40,803 bases of DNA. It comes from a virus (Duplodnaviria; Caudoviricetes). The stretch spans positions 1-40,803 of IMG/VR virus record IMGVR_UViG_3300048856_000136; one strand, 5' to 3'. The notes beneath the pieces are model-generated. The model ran no database searches and had not been told where the DNA came from. It worked only from the letters and a program-made list of their open reading frames with translations. A program made the position numbers and the translations under genes. Positions within the stretch are counted from its first letter, which is position 1, and each line of letters opens with the position of its first letter. Of this stretch, positions 25,723-36,179 are shown piece by piece.

Positions 25723-28700
25723 ATGGCTACGCTGCGCGAACTTATCATCAAAATATCTGCTAACTCCTCTTCATTTCAGAGTGAGATTGCGCGGGCGTCC
25801 CGTATGGGGACGGACTATTACCGCTCAATGGAGCAGGGTGGCCGTAAGGCAGCAGCAGCAGCCCGCGAAAGTCAGCGGGCCATTCAGGAACTTAATGAGC
25901 AACTGGTGACAACCCGCGAAACGGCGCTGGAGATGACCGGCGTGTTTGCGGGTGCCTTTGCGACCGGGCATCTTATCGAGCTGGCAGACAACTGGAATGC
26001 CGTTAATGCGCGACTGAAGCAGGCTTCACAATCCACCAGTGAGTTCAGCACGGTGCAGAAGTCGCTGATGGAAATCAGTCAGCGCACCGGCACTGCCTTT
26101 GGAGACAATGCCGATCTGTATGCCCGTTCTGCCGCCTCAATGCGCGAATTTGGCTACAGCGCTCAGGATGTACTGAAAGTTACTGAAGCCGTATCAACCG
26201 GCCTGAAGCTTTCCGGTGCCAGCACTGAGGAAAGCAGTTCTGTTATCACTCAGTTCAGCCAGGCGCTTGCACAGGGCGTACTGCGCGGCGAAGAATTTAA
26301 CGCGGTGAACGAAGCAGGTGATCGCGTCATTCGTGCGCTGGCAGCAGGCATGGGCGTTGCGCGAAAAGATTTAAAGGCGATGGCCGATCAGGGTCAGCTG
26401 ACCATTGATAAGGTTGTCCCGGCGCTGACCAGCCAGCTGGGTAAACTTCAGAGCGAGTTTGCTTCCCTGCCAGCTTCCGTGGCGGGTTCAGTCACCAAAG
26501 TGCAGAACGCCTTTGAGCAGTGGGTTGGTGAAGCGAATACCACATCGGGTGCCACCGCCAGCCTGTCAGGTGCGCTGGAAGGCGTTGCCAAAAACATTGA
26601 TACCGTCGCGACCGTCGCCGGGGCACTGGTGGCGGTGGGGGCAGCCCGCTTCTTTGGCGGCATGGCGTCGGGTGCGCTTTCTGCCTCTGCGGGTATCATT
26701 ACCGCTTATAAAAATGAAGTGGCCCTGACTCAGGCGCAGATACACGGGACACAGATTTCCACGGCGCGGGCGCGAGCCGCAGTCTATCGGGCACAGCAGG
26801 CGCTGGTTGCAGCACGGGGCACGACAGCGCAGGAGGCGGCAGAACGTCGTCTGGCTGCGGCGCAGCTGGCTGTTACGAGAAATGCCGCCGCCCGCACCGC
26901 TGCTCAGGAGCGACTCAACAGCATGACATCGCTGGGTTCCCGGCTGACCAGCAGTGCGCTGGGTCTGGTCGGGGGTATCCCCGGTCTGGTGATGCTGGGT
27001 GCCGGGGCATGGTACACCATGTACCAGCGGCAGGAGCAGGCCCGCGAATCTGCGCGGGCTTATATGAATACCCTGGAGGACGTGAAAAAAGCGGCTCCGG
27101 GCATGGCGCTGCCGGAAGTTTCTGATAATCAGGTTCAGACCAAAGCATCACTGGCGGAACAGAACCGGCTGGTCGATGAACAGGCTCAAAAAGTAAGTCA
27201 GCTTAAAACGGAGATTCAGGGCTATCAGCAGATTATTGCCAGCCCCGGTCCCTCCGTGGGCGGTTACCTCATTAATCACCTGGTCAGCATGGAGTCGGTT
27301 TCGTCGGGTCTGGAGCAGGCTACATCAAGCCTTGCGGTAGAGCAGGAACGGCTGAACCAGATGCAGTCGCGATCTCAGGACGTGCAGTCTGTTCTTGAAA
27401 CGCTGGAAAACCGACGCGTCTTTTTGCTGAGGCAACAGGCATCAGAGCAAAACTCTGTTTACCAGTCGCTTCTGATGATGAACGGCCAGCACACCGAATT
27501 TAACCGTCTCATGTCTCTGGGTAATCAGCTGCTGGAAGCCAGAAGCGGTCTGGGCAGTGCACCGTTTCGCATTCCCGCCGCTCAGCTGAGCACCAAACAA
27601 AGCGCGCTTCTTCAGAAGTCTGAGCGGGACAGTGAGATTGCCGGTCTCTCTGGCGTCAGTCGCATCAGAAGACAGGCTGAATATTCAGCTGATGATGCCG
27701 GGCTGACGAATACGCCGGAATATACAGAGGCGCGCCAGAAGTTCATCAGTAATACGGTGGAGGCGTGGCAGAAGCAGGAAAACCTTTCTGAATCTCTGAA
27801 GGCAGGTAAAAAGGCGCTGAGCGATCAGGCCAAGGAAGAGCGTTCTGCCACTCAGGTGGCTGAACAGTATTCCCGCAAAATAGCTGACCTCAGCGTTGCC
27901 ACAGAGGTTCAGCGCATCAGAGCGTCTCAGGGGGAAAAGGCCGCAGACCTTTACGCCGCTTCACATGAGAACGGGGCCAAGTGGACTGACGAGCAAAGAA
28001 AGGCTATTCAGGCTGCTTCAACACAGCTGGCTATCTGGTCACAGAAAGCTGACGAGGCTGTCCGCAAGCAGCGTGAAATGACTGAATCCCTTAAGGACCT
28101 GCGTGAAGCCGCGCGTAAGTACAGTGATGATGCAGCGCTTACCTCCGGTACCGCAGGTATGGGAGACCGCCAGCGTGATCGGTTTAACGAGCAGCAGCAG
28201 GTTGAGCGCGTCTTTGATAAAACCGACAAGGGGGCGGAAGCCATGGCTGCTCGCTCTGCGGCGCTGGACGCCCTCGATAAAAAGTATCAGGCAACCGCTG
28301 CGGCTGAACAGGACTGGTTATCCGGTGCATCGCGTGGGTATCAGAACTGGCTGAGCAGCACCAGTGATGTAGCCGGTACTGTATCGCAGGGTATTACCAC
28401 CACGATGGACAGTGCGCTGGATAACATGTCAGCCATGCTGGTGGGCAGTCAGGCCGACTGGAAGTCGTGGGGGCTTTCAGTTCTTCAGATGATTTCCAAG
28501 GTCGCGCTTCAGATGGCCATAGTGAACGCTATGAGCAGCGCGGGTTCATCGTGGGGAAGCATTTTGGGTTCGGTTGCCAGCAGTTTTGGCGGCGCAGCGG
28601 CAGGAGCTGCCGGTGCAAGTTCGGCAGCATCAACGGGTGCAATGGGCATGTCTACAAGCTTCAGCGCATATGATGGAGGCGGATTTACCGGCACAGGCGG

Positions 28701-29061
28701 AAAGTTTGATCCGGCAGGCATTGTTCATAAGGGAGAGTTCGTATTTACGAAAGAAGCCACAGATCGCATCGGCGTTTCTAACCTTTACAGTCTGATGAAA
28801 GGTTATGCAAATGGCGGGGTCGTGGATGGTGCTGCGGGTATCAGCGCGTACTCTTCCGGCGTTGATAATGCATCTGGCAAAGGGAGCACAATCATTCACG
28901 TTGATGCGCCGGTAAGCATCGTTCAGGGTGAAGGCTCAGGCGATTCTTCTGCTTCAAGTACCTCCAGCGCTGCCACACAACTCAAATCCATAGTGCAAAC
29001 CACGATCACAGAACGCCTGAGAAAAGAGATTTCACCAGGTGGCATTTTGTATCGCTCATAA
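25723..29061 (+). CDS. H: Tape measure protein
   Basis: 1112 aa, Ala-rich, LRGEEFNAV motif, C-terminal GGFTG..PAGIVHKGEFV. Confidence 0.95.
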   Translation: MATLRELIIKISANSSSFQSEIARASRMGTDYYRSMEQGGRKAAAAARESQRAIQELNEQLVTTRETALEMTGVFAGAFATGHLIELADNWNAVNARLKQASQSTSEFSTVQKSLMEISQRTGTAFGDNADLYARSAASMREFGYSAQDVLKVTEAVSTGLKLSGASTEESSSVITQFSQALAQGVLRGEEFNAVNEAGDRVIRALAAGMGVARKDLKAMADQGQLTIDKVVPALTSQLGKLQSEFASLPASVAGSVTKVQNAFEQWVGEANTTSGATASLSGALEGVAKNIDTVATVAGALVAVGAARFFGGMASGALSASAGIITAYKNEVALTQAQIHGTQISTARARAAVYRAQQALVAARGTTAQEAAERRLAAAQLAVTRNAAARTAAQERLNSMTSLGSRLTSSALGLVGGIPGLVMLGAGAWYTMYQRQEQARESARAYMNTLEDVKKAAPGMALPEVSDNQVQTKASLAEQNRLVDEQAQKVSQLKTEIQGYQQIIASPGPSVGGYLINHLVSMESVSSGLEQATSSLAVEQERLNQMQSRSQDVQSVLETLENRRVFLLRQQASEQNSVYQSLLMMNGQHTEFNRLMSLGNQLLEARSGLGSAPFRIPAAQLSTKQSALLQKSERDSEIAGLSGVSRIRRQAEYSADDAGLTNTPEYTEARQKFISNTVEAWQKQENLSESLKAGKKALSDQAKEERSATQVAEQYSRKIADLSVATEVQRIRASQGEKAADLYAASHENGAKWTDEQRKAIQAASTQLAIWSQKADEAVRKQREMTESLKDLREAARKYSDDAALTSGTAGMGDRQRDRFNEQQQVERVFDKTDKGAEAMAARSAALDALDKKYQATAAAEQDWLSGASRGYQNWLSSTSDVAGTVSQGITTTMDSALDNMSAMLVGSQADWKSWGLSVLQMISKVALQMAIVNAMSSAGSSWGSILGSVASSFGGAAAGAAGASSAASTGAMGMSTSFSAYDGGGFTGTGGKFDPAGIVHKGEFVFTKEATDRIGVSNLYSLMKGYANGGVVDGAAGISAYSSGVDNASGKGSTIIHVDAPVSIVQGEGSGDSSASSTSSAATQLKSIVQTTITERLRKEISPGGILYRS

Positions 29062-29075
29062 AATGATGGTGACAA

Positions 29076-29417
29076 ATGGCTATTGACACATTCACCTGGT
29101 GTGCCAGAACCGAAGCAAGCGAACAGCTGAATATTTCCACCGTTCAGGCGCAGTTCGGTGATGGTTATAAGCAGGTGGCGGGAAAAGGGATTAATGATGC
29201 TGCGGAAAGTTGGTCGCTCACCTGTAATGGGAGAGTCAGCGCTATGGCTCCGGTCAGGGAATTTCTTAAAGCTCACGTAACGGCATCTTTCTGGTGGACG
29301 AATCCATGGGGTGAAAAAAAGCTCTATCGGGTTAAATCCGACTCGATAAACCCCAAGTTTATTAACGGAAACTTTGTCGAGGTTGCTTTCACTTTTGAGC
29401 AATCCTTTGCACCGTGA
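29076..29417 (+). CDS. M: Minor tail protein M (distal tail)
   Basis: AQFGDGYKQ, SFWWTNP, TFEQ. Confidence 0.9.
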   Translation: MAIDTFTWCARTEASEQLNISTVQAQFGDGYKQVAGKGINDAAESWSLTCNGRVSAMAPVREFLKAHVTASFWWTNPWGEKKLYRVKSDSINPKFINGNFVEVAFTFEQSFAP

Positions 29418-29466
29418 CATGTCACAAATATTCAGGCGCTTCGGCGCCTTTTTTTATGGGTGAAAA

Positions 29467-30204
29467 ATGAGCTTTATTCAGGACGTTCAGGCATTAGAGC
29501 CCGGTCAGTTAGTTCAGTTGATTGAGATTGACGGTACAGAGTTCGGGATGGATATCATCCTGCGCTTTCATGCCTACAACCTGCCAACTGAAGGATGGAA
29601 GTCTTTTGCAGCTGAAAACCTTCCCTCCATTATCTGGCAGGGAAACGAGTACGATCCGCACCCTTACGAGCTGACCGGACTTGAAATGAGCAGTTCTGGT
29701 TCGCAGCCCACGCCAAAGTTATCGGTGGGTAACGTGGGGAACTATGTAACAGCGCTGTGCCTTCAGTTTGACGACATGGTGAAGGCAAAGGTACGCATCC
29801 ACACCACCCTGGCGAAATACCTTGATGCAGCAAACTGGACGGCGGGTAATCCAAATGCAAATCCGCAGGAAGAGCGCGTTCAGCTTTTTTATGTGAATGC
29901 CAAATCGTCTGAAAACCGCGTTCAGGTGGATTTTGAATTATGTTCCCCGTTCGACATTCAGAGCCTTCAGCTTCCATCCCGGCAGATTACCCCTGTCTGC
30001 ACCTGGTGCATGCGTGGATGGTACAGAACGGGTACGGGCTGCGATTATGCCGGAAGTAAATATTTTGCCAAAGACGGCACGCCAACGGCTGACCCATCGA
30101 AAGATATTTGCGGTGGCCGGTTAGCGGATTGTAAGGCGAGGTTTGGGGAAGATCAGCCGTTACCTTATGGTGGTTTTCCTGCTGCAAACCTTCAGGGGAA
30201 ATAA
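29467..30204 (+). CDS. L: Minor tail protein L
   Basis: Four Fe-S cysteines (CTW..GCDY..DICG..DCKARFG) and YGGFP. Confidence 0.93.
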   Translation: MSFIQDVQALEPGQLVQLIEIDGTEFGMDIILRFHAYNLPTEGWKSFAAENLPSIIWQGNEYDPHPYELTGLEMSSSGSQPTPKLSVGNVGNYVTALCLQFDDMVKAKVRIHTTLAKYLDAANWTAGNPNANPQEERVQLFYVNAKSSENRVQVDFELCSPFDIQSLQLPSRQITPVCTWCMRGWYRTGTGCDYAGSKYFAKDGTPTADPSKDICGGRLADCKARFGEDQPLPYGGFPAANLQGK

Positions 30205-30206
30205 CT

Positions 30207-30926
30207 ATGCGCAAAAAGATTCTGGATGCGATACGCGAGCATGTTGCAGCGGAGTACCCTAAAGAAGCGTGCGGGCTCATTATTCAGTGTGGCAGAACGC
30301 AAAAGTATGTCCCGTGCCGCAATATCTCGGAAGAACCCACCGCGCATTTCATTCTGTCACCGGAAGATAAACGTGCCGCTGAATCAGAAGGCACGATTCT
30401 GATGGTCATTCATTCACACCCGGATGTGCCACAACTTATCCCGTCAGAAAGAGACAGGGTAATGTGTGATTACTCAGGGGTGGAATGGGGAATTATGTCA
30501 TGGCCAGACGGCGACTTTTGTACATTTTCCCCGCGAGTAAACCGCGAATTAGTCGGGAGACGTTGGGTACTGGGTTTTGCCGACTGCTGGACGCTCATTA
30601 TGGATTACTACCAGCAGGAACATGGTCTCCACCTTAATAACTGGTCAGTTGATTATGAGTGGTGGATTGATGGCAAAGAAAACCGATATGACGATAACTG
30701 GCAGTCAGAAGGTTTTATCGAAGTGCCTGCGGCAGAGATGCGCAAGGGCGACATGATCATGATGCAGATAGGCGCACCGGTTACTAACCATGCCGCTGTT
30801 TATCTGGGTGATAACATTATTCTTCATCATAACTTCGGCAATCTCTCTTCCCGTGTTCCGTATGGCGAATACTGGCGAACCCGCACGGTAAGAGTGGTAC
30901 GGAGAAAGGAGCTGGTGGATGCTTAA
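30207..30926 (+). CDS. K: Tail assembly protein K (JAB + NlpC/P60)
   Basis: EACG, HSHPD, DCWTL, NHAAVYLG. Confidence 0.93.
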   Translation: MRKKILDAIREHVAAEYPKEACGLIIQCGRTQKYVPCRNISEEPTAHFILSPEDKRAAESEGTILMVIHSHPDVPQLIPSERDRVMCDYSGVEWGIMSWPDGDFCTFSPRVNRELVGRRWVLGFADCWTLIMDYYQQEHGLHLNNWSVDYEWWIDGKENRYDDNWQSEGFIEVPAAEMRKGDMIMMQIGAPVTNHAAVYLGDNIILHHNFGNLSSRVPYGEYWRTRTVRVVRRKELVDA

Positions 30927-31542
30927 AACAATGCGCCTCAAAGGGCCGATGGCGAAAATGTTTGGCCATTCTCATCAGTTTCACGTGGCTGATTTGCGGG
31001 AGCTTTTGCGGGCAATGTGTTCACAGATACCCGGTTTCAAAAAGTACGTATCAAATGCGCATTTAAACGGTGTGCGTTTCGCCTTCTTCAGCGGCAAAGA
31101 AAATATCGGCTTGCAGGAATTTGATATGTCCTCAGCTGAAAATGAATTTGAAATGGAGCCTGTTCTTGAGGGTTCGAAACGTGGCGGCACATTGCAAATC
31201 ATTATTGGGGCGGTCGCTATCGTTGCAGCATTCTTTACCGCTGGTGCATCACTTGCTGCATACGGTGCTGCATTAGGAACTACAACAGCCGTTGGGCTTG
31301 CCACAACAGCATTAACCAGCCTGGGTATCAGTATGCTGCTGGGCGGTGTAGTGCAGATGCTTACGCCGCAGCCTAAATACAACATAGGCGCTTCATCCAG
31401 TACGGATAATAAGCCTAACTACGCTTTTGGCGCGCCGGTTAATACCGTGGCGATGGGGTATCCCGTGCCCGTGCTGTATGGACAACGAGAGATCGGCGGC
31501 GCAATTATCAGCGCAGGCAGCTTTACCAGCGACCAGCAGTAA
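30919..31542 (+). CDS. I: Tail assembly protein I
   Basis: LGGVVQMLTPQ, GYPVPVLYG..IGGAIISAG. Confidence 0.92.
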   Translation: MLKTMRLKGPMAKMFGHSHQFHVADLRELLRAMCSQIPGFKKYVSNAHLNGVRFAFFSGKENIGLQEFDMSSAENEFEMEPVLEGSKRGGTLQIIIGAVAIVAAFFTAGASLAAYGAALGTTTAVGLATTALTSLGISMLLGGVVQMLTPQPKYNIGASSSTDNKPNYAFGAPVNTVAMGYPVPVLYGQREIGGAIISAGSFTSDQQ

Positions 31543-31597
31543 AACAACTGCATTAAATTTCAGGCCACCTTCGGGTGGCTTTTTTTATGGGTGAGAT

Positions 31598-34500
31598 ATG
31601 CGACTTCTTGAAGGTGCCACTATTCAGGGCAGTAAAGGCGGCGGCGGTAGCGCACACACGCCGGTAGAGCAGGCGGATGATTTGCTCTCCATTGCAAAAT
31701 TAAAAATGCTTCTCGCCATTTCTGAAGGTGAAATTCAGGGTGAATTAACCGCGCAGCAGATTTACCTGAATGATACGCAGCTCGCAAATGATGACGGCAC
31801 TTATAACTTCACCGGCGTAATTTGGGACTGGCGCAAAGGTACGCAGGATCAGGATTATATTCAGGGCATGCCGGAAGTCGATAACGAACTTTCTGTGAAT
31901 ATTGCGGTTACGCAGTCAGTACCCTGGACCCGCCAGTACAGCAATCTGTCACTCGATGCTGTGCGTATTAAGTTAAGTCTTCCGGTCCAGTATCAGTACA
32001 AAGATAATGGTGACATGGTTGGTACGGTTACGCAGTACGCTATAGACCTGTCAACCGATGGTGGCTCATGGGTCACGGTTGTCGACAGCAGCTTCAACGG
32101 TAAAACCACCTCTGAATATCAGCGCGACCATCGTATAGATTTACCGAAAGCCTCAAGCGGATGGGCTTTGCGCGTTCGTCGCATTACGGCTGACTCAACC
32201 TCATCGAAGCTGGTAAACGGCTTCAAGGTTTTCTCTTTCGCAGAGGTTATTGACAGCAAGCTGCGTTATCCCAATACCGCACTGCTTTATATTGAGGTCG
32301 ATGCGAGCCAGTTCAGCGGGCAGGCACCTAAAGTGACCTGCAAGCCCAAAGGCCGCCTGGTCCGGGTGCCGACAACCTATGACCCGGTTTCACGCACGTA
32401 TGCCGGAACTTGGGAGGGTGATTTCAAATACGCCTACACCAATAACCCTGCATGGATTTTCTATGACCTGGTGCTGGATAAAATATTCGGTATGGGTACG
32501 CGTGTCGATGCCTCCATGATCGACAAATGGGAGCTGTACAGCATTGCGCAGTACTGCGATCAGATGGTACCGGACGGTGCTGGCGGCACGGAGCCTCGCT
32601 TTACCTGTAACGTCTTCATCCAGAGCCAGCAGGATGCTTACACTGTCCTGAAGGACATAGCGGCGATATTCCGTGGCATCACGTTCTGGGGTAACAGTCA
32701 GATTTTTGTTAACGCCGATGTGCCGCAGGTTGATTCTGACGGCAACGTTGACGTTGATTTTATTTACCACGCTTCTAACGTGATTGACGGGCTGTTCACC
32801 TATGCAGGTGGCAGCTACAAAAACCGTTACTCATCCTGTCAGGTGAGCTGGTCCGATCCGGTCAATCACTACTCAGATACTGTTGAGGGCGTTTACGATT
32901 CTGACCTGGTGCAGCGCTACGATGTACGTGAAATGAGTCTGACAGCTGTTGGTTGCACGTCGCAGAGCGAAGCTCACCGGCGCGGTCGTTGGGCCATCCT
33001 GTCCAATGCCAAAGACGGTACAGTTTCTTTTGGTGTGGGACTGGATGGATATATCCCGATACCAGCAGAGATTATCGGCGTCGCTGACCCGTTCAGGTCC
33101 GGCAAGCAGAATGGTGGCCGCATCAGCGAGGTTAATGGTCAGCGGATAACCCTCGACCGGGCCATTGATTATTCTTCCGGTGACAGGCTTGTTGTAAACC
33201 TGCCTGATGGCACTGCACAGACGCGAACTATTGGCAGCATCAGCGCTGATAAAAAAACGGTGAGCGTTAACACTGCCTTCCGTATCACACCTGTTACTGG
33301 TGCAGTCTGGGCAATCGACAGTAATAATCTGGCTATTCAATATTTCCGGGTGACATCCGTTGCCGGAAACGATGACGGAACGTTCACTATCTCAGGCGTT
33401 CAGCATGACCCTAATAAGTATCGATACATTGATGATGGTGTACGCATTGAGCCAGCCCCGATAACAGTAACCCCAATCAGCGTGCTGAAAGCGCCAGCTA
33501 ATATCAAAATTTCTGAAGTCAGTTTCGTTGAGCAGGGCCTGTCAGTTTCTTCAATGCAGGTAACGTGGGATCGCGTTGAAGGAGCGATCAGTTACGTAGC
33601 GCAGTGGCGTAAGGATAAAGGTGACTGGGTTAATGTCAGCCACACAAGCGCTCAGGGCTTCAGTATTCAGGGTATTTATACGGGCGTTTATGACGTTCGT
33701 GTACGTGGCGTCAATGCAGTGGAAGTTTCTTCACCGTGGGGATACGCGGATTCTACAACGCTAAACGGTAAGGCAGGAAAACCCGGTACGCCGGTAAATC
33801 TGTTTGCGACGGATAATGTTGTTTGGGCAATCGACGTGACATGGGCATTTCCTGACGGGGCCGGTGATACGTCTTACACAGAAATACAGGTGGCCACGAC
33901 AGCCGACGGACAAAATCCGCAGTTCCTTGCTTATGTTCCTTATCCTGGTGTCAGCTATCAACACGGCCCTATGCCTGCTGGCGTTCGCCGCTGGTATCGT
34001 GCGCGCCTTGTAGACCGCATCGGCAATACGGGTGACTGGACAGGTTTTATTGGGGGAGCGAGTAATGTAAATGCAGATGAGTTATTAGGCGATATTGTTG
34101 ACCGTGTTCTTGAAACAGATGCCGGTAAGGAACTCGTTTCAAAAATTGATACCAACATTGACGCGATAGAAGCCATGTACTGGGCTGATATCGAAAACTC
34201 ATTAGCGAACGATGCTGATATCCAGCGCTGGCGCGCGCAGGACGGGAACCGCAAAGCTGAAATCATTGAAACCAATAAAACCATTGTGACCAATGATATG
34301 GCTTATGCGGAGAAGTTCAGCCAGGTACAGGCAAGCGTTGATGACAACACGGCTATTGTTCAGGAAACGTCTTCTGCTATGGCGACTCTCGACGGTAAGC
34401 TTTCAGCCCAATATTCAATTAAGGTCGCCGTCGATCAGAACGGCAGGCAGTACGCTGCGGGAATGGGCATCGGTGTAGAGAGCACGCCAGAGGGAATCCA

Positions 34501-34828
34501 GTCGCAGGTTCTCTTTCTTGCTGACCGCTTTTCAATAATGTCCGCTACCGGGCAGAATTTTTATTCCCCGTTTACCGTACAGAACGGGCAGGTGTTTATC
34601 AGTCAGGCTTTTATTGGAGAGGGCTGGATAACAAATGCCATGATCGGGAACTACATTCAGTCTACTAACTATGTAGCCAGCACCACAGGATGGCGGCTTG
34701 ATAAAAATGGAACGTTTGAAAATAACGGCTCTGTGGCCGGTGAGGGGAGGATGGTTCAGACGAATATACGTATCGTATCTTACGACGAAAATAATAATCC
34801 CGCTGCCGTCATGGGTAGAAGACTATGA
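31598..34828 (+). CDS. J: Central tail fibre / host specificity protein J
   Basis: SEGEIQG, LRYPNTA, NNPAW, FN3-like domains, YAAGMGIG..ADRF. Confidence 0.95.
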   Translation: MRLLEGATIQGSKGGGGSAHTPVEQADDLLSIAKLKMLLAISEGEIQGELTAQQIYLNDTQLANDDGTYNFTGVIWDWRKGTQDQDYIQGMPEVDNELSVNIAVTQSVPWTRQYSNLSLDAVRIKLSLPVQYQYKDNGDMVGTVTQYAIDLSTDGGSWVTVVDSSFNGKTTSEYQRDHRIDLPKASSGWALRVRRITADSTSSKLVNGFKVFSFAEVIDSKLRYPNTALLYIEVDASQFSGQAPKVTCKPKGRLVRVPTTYDPVSRTYAGTWEGDFKYAYTNNPAWIFYDLVLDKIFGMGTRVDASMIDKWELYSIAQYCDQMVPDGAGGTEPRFTCNVFIQSQQDAYTVLKDIAAIFRGITFWGNSQIFVNADVPQVDSDGNVDVDFIYHASNVIDGLFTYAGGSYKNRYSSCQVSWSDPVNHYSDTVEGVYDSDLVQRYDVREMSLTAVGCTSQSEAHRRGRWAILSNAKDGTVSFGVGLDGYIPIPAEIIGVADPFRSGKQNGGRISEVNGQRITLDRAIDYSSGDRLVVNLPDGTAQTRTIGSISADKKTVSVNTAFRITPVTGAVWAIDSNNLAIQYFRVTSVAGNDDGTFTISGVQHDPNKYRYIDDGVRIEPAPITVTPISVLKAPANIKISEVSFVEQGLSVSSMQVTWDRVEGAISYVAQWRKDKGDWVNVSHTSAQGFSIQGIYTGVYDVRVRGVNAVEVSSPWGYADSTTLNGKAGKPGTPVNLFATDNVVWAIDVTWAFPDGAGDTSYTEIQVATTADGQNPQFLAYVPYPGVSYQHGPMPAGVRRWYRARLVDRIGNTGDWTGFIGGASNVNADELLGDIVDRVLETDAGKELVSKIDTNIDAIEAMYWADIENSLANDADIQRWRAQDGNRKAEIIETNKTIVTNDMAYAEKFSQVQASVDDNTAIVQETSSAMATLDGKLSAQYSIKVAVDQNGRQYAAGMGIGVESTPEGIQSQVLFLADRFSIMSATGQNFYSPFTVQNGQVFISQAFIGEGWITNAMIGNYIQSTNYVASTTGWRLDKNGTFENNGSVAGEGRMVQTNIRIVSYDENNNPAAVMGRRL

Positions 34829-35802
34829 GTTTTGGACTTCAGACTTTCATCAAGGGGACATCATTTGATGTCCTTGCTTCAATGTCATTCAACTTCGTGG
34901 TTGATATCACAACTATTTCAGGTGCCGGAAGTAAAACCTATTCGTATCCGAACTTTGTAATTAGCGCGGCGTTGATGAATACGTTCTCGGCTGTAGGCAC
35001 TGATGCCCGAAGCTATAACGTCTCTGTCAGCGGCCAGACCGTCTCATGGAACGTGGCGAATACCTGCAAAATTATGGTGACGGCCACACCGGCACCCGGT
35101 TCAGACAGTTCCAAATATTTTGGCTTTACTCTTTATGATAACAGTACGAAGCCGAGAACACTGAAGCTGGCTCCTGACTTTACGCCCTATAATCTGGTTC
35201 AGGTAATCGACCTGACCCCGGCGTACAATCAGGTTTTGCAAACCAGTATTCCGGCTTCGGTCCCGATGATAGCTTTTCATCGCGCAACGAATAATAGTTA
35301 CGATCATGTATGGTGGAATGAAATAAATCAGAACGGCTACTGGGCATTACAGTTCAGGGGTAATACTGGCTTATTTCCCATGCAGCCATGCAGAATTTAT
35401 TTATTTGCAAAGATGCTGGTGAATATACCTAACTGGGGATTCTTTCTTTATAACGGCGGCGCGGACAAAATGGTATGGCACAGCAACTGCCTGCCTCTGC
35501 GGATGAGTATCCTGAACGGTGGAACGATTACTTCATCTGTGCCTCTTGCTTCAACTAATGGAGTTACAAGCTGCTTATTTCAGCCTAGTGACCCGAGCTT
35601 TCCCTCTGTCGGAACGCAATGGTTTGAATGTGCCAGTGGGGGCATGAACTCAGCAGGTAATTACGCGGCCACAGCAAATGACAGGTACCAGCAAACGGCT
35701 TACAACGGGAATTCAAGGCCACCAACATGGGTGGCCGGAACGATAGGTTACACTGAGTGCAATTATTACGATGCCTATTACCGGCAGGCGTTAGGGGTTT
35801 AA
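34825..35802 (+). CDS. Tail-tip accessory protein (post-J)
   Basis: ATGA-coupled to J. Beta-rich, with repeated FGL/FGF/WGF modules, between J and cor. Confidence 0.7.
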   Translation: MSFGLQTFIKGTSFDVLASMSFNFVVDITTISGAGSKTYSYPNFVISAALMNTFSAVGTDARSYNVSVSGQTVSWNVANTCKIMVTATPAPGSDSSKYFGFTLYDNSTKPRTLKLAPDFTPYNLVQVIDLTPAYNQVLQTSIPASVPMIAFHRATNNSYDHVWWNEINQNGYWALQFRGNTGLFPMQPCRIYLFAKMLVNIPNWGFFLYNGGADKMVWHSNCLPLRMSILNGGTITSSVPLASTNGVTSCLFQPSDPSFPSVGTQWFECASGGMNSAGNYAATANDRYQQTAYNGNSRPPTWVAGTIGYTECNYYDAYYRQALGV

Positions 35803-36015
35803 CCTGTCGCACTCAGCGGTATCGACAAACTCAGATTTATTTGTCCATGTATGGAAAGGATAACCGGCAAGATATCTTCCGTTCTCTGTTTTGAATACGG
35901 GTATGTCGTAAGCGTGATTTGCAATATTGGCCTTGTTATAACAAACAGGCGGCGTGCCTAATGCGCATCCGGCTAAAGCCAGAGTAATAACAGCAAGTGT
36001 AATAATCTTTTTCAT
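35791..36015 (-). CDS. cor: Cor superinfection-exclusion lipoprotein
   Basis: Lipobox LAGC, PVC, YLAGYPF.W and terminal Cys. Antisense between J and the tail fibre, as in N15/phi80/HK022. Confidence 0.8.
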   Translation of the reverse strand: MKKIITLAVITLALAGCALGTPPVCYNKANIANHAYDIPVFKTENGRYLAGYPFHTWTNKSEFVDTAECDRLNP

Positions 36016-36135
36016 ATTCGCTTTCTGTGAATTTAGTCTGGATCATATAAGAACACCTAATTCATTTGTATTTAAATGAATGATTTAGATCATAACGATC
36101 TGTATATTCATTTGAATTGAAATATAAATAATCCA

Positions 36136-36160
36136 GCCCGGCCATTGTGCCGGGTTTTTT
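36136..36160 (+). terminator. Intrinsic terminator
   Basis: CCCGGC/GCCGGG followed by T6. Confidence 0.75.
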
Positions 36161-36179
36161 ATTGCCCGGAGAAAAGTAA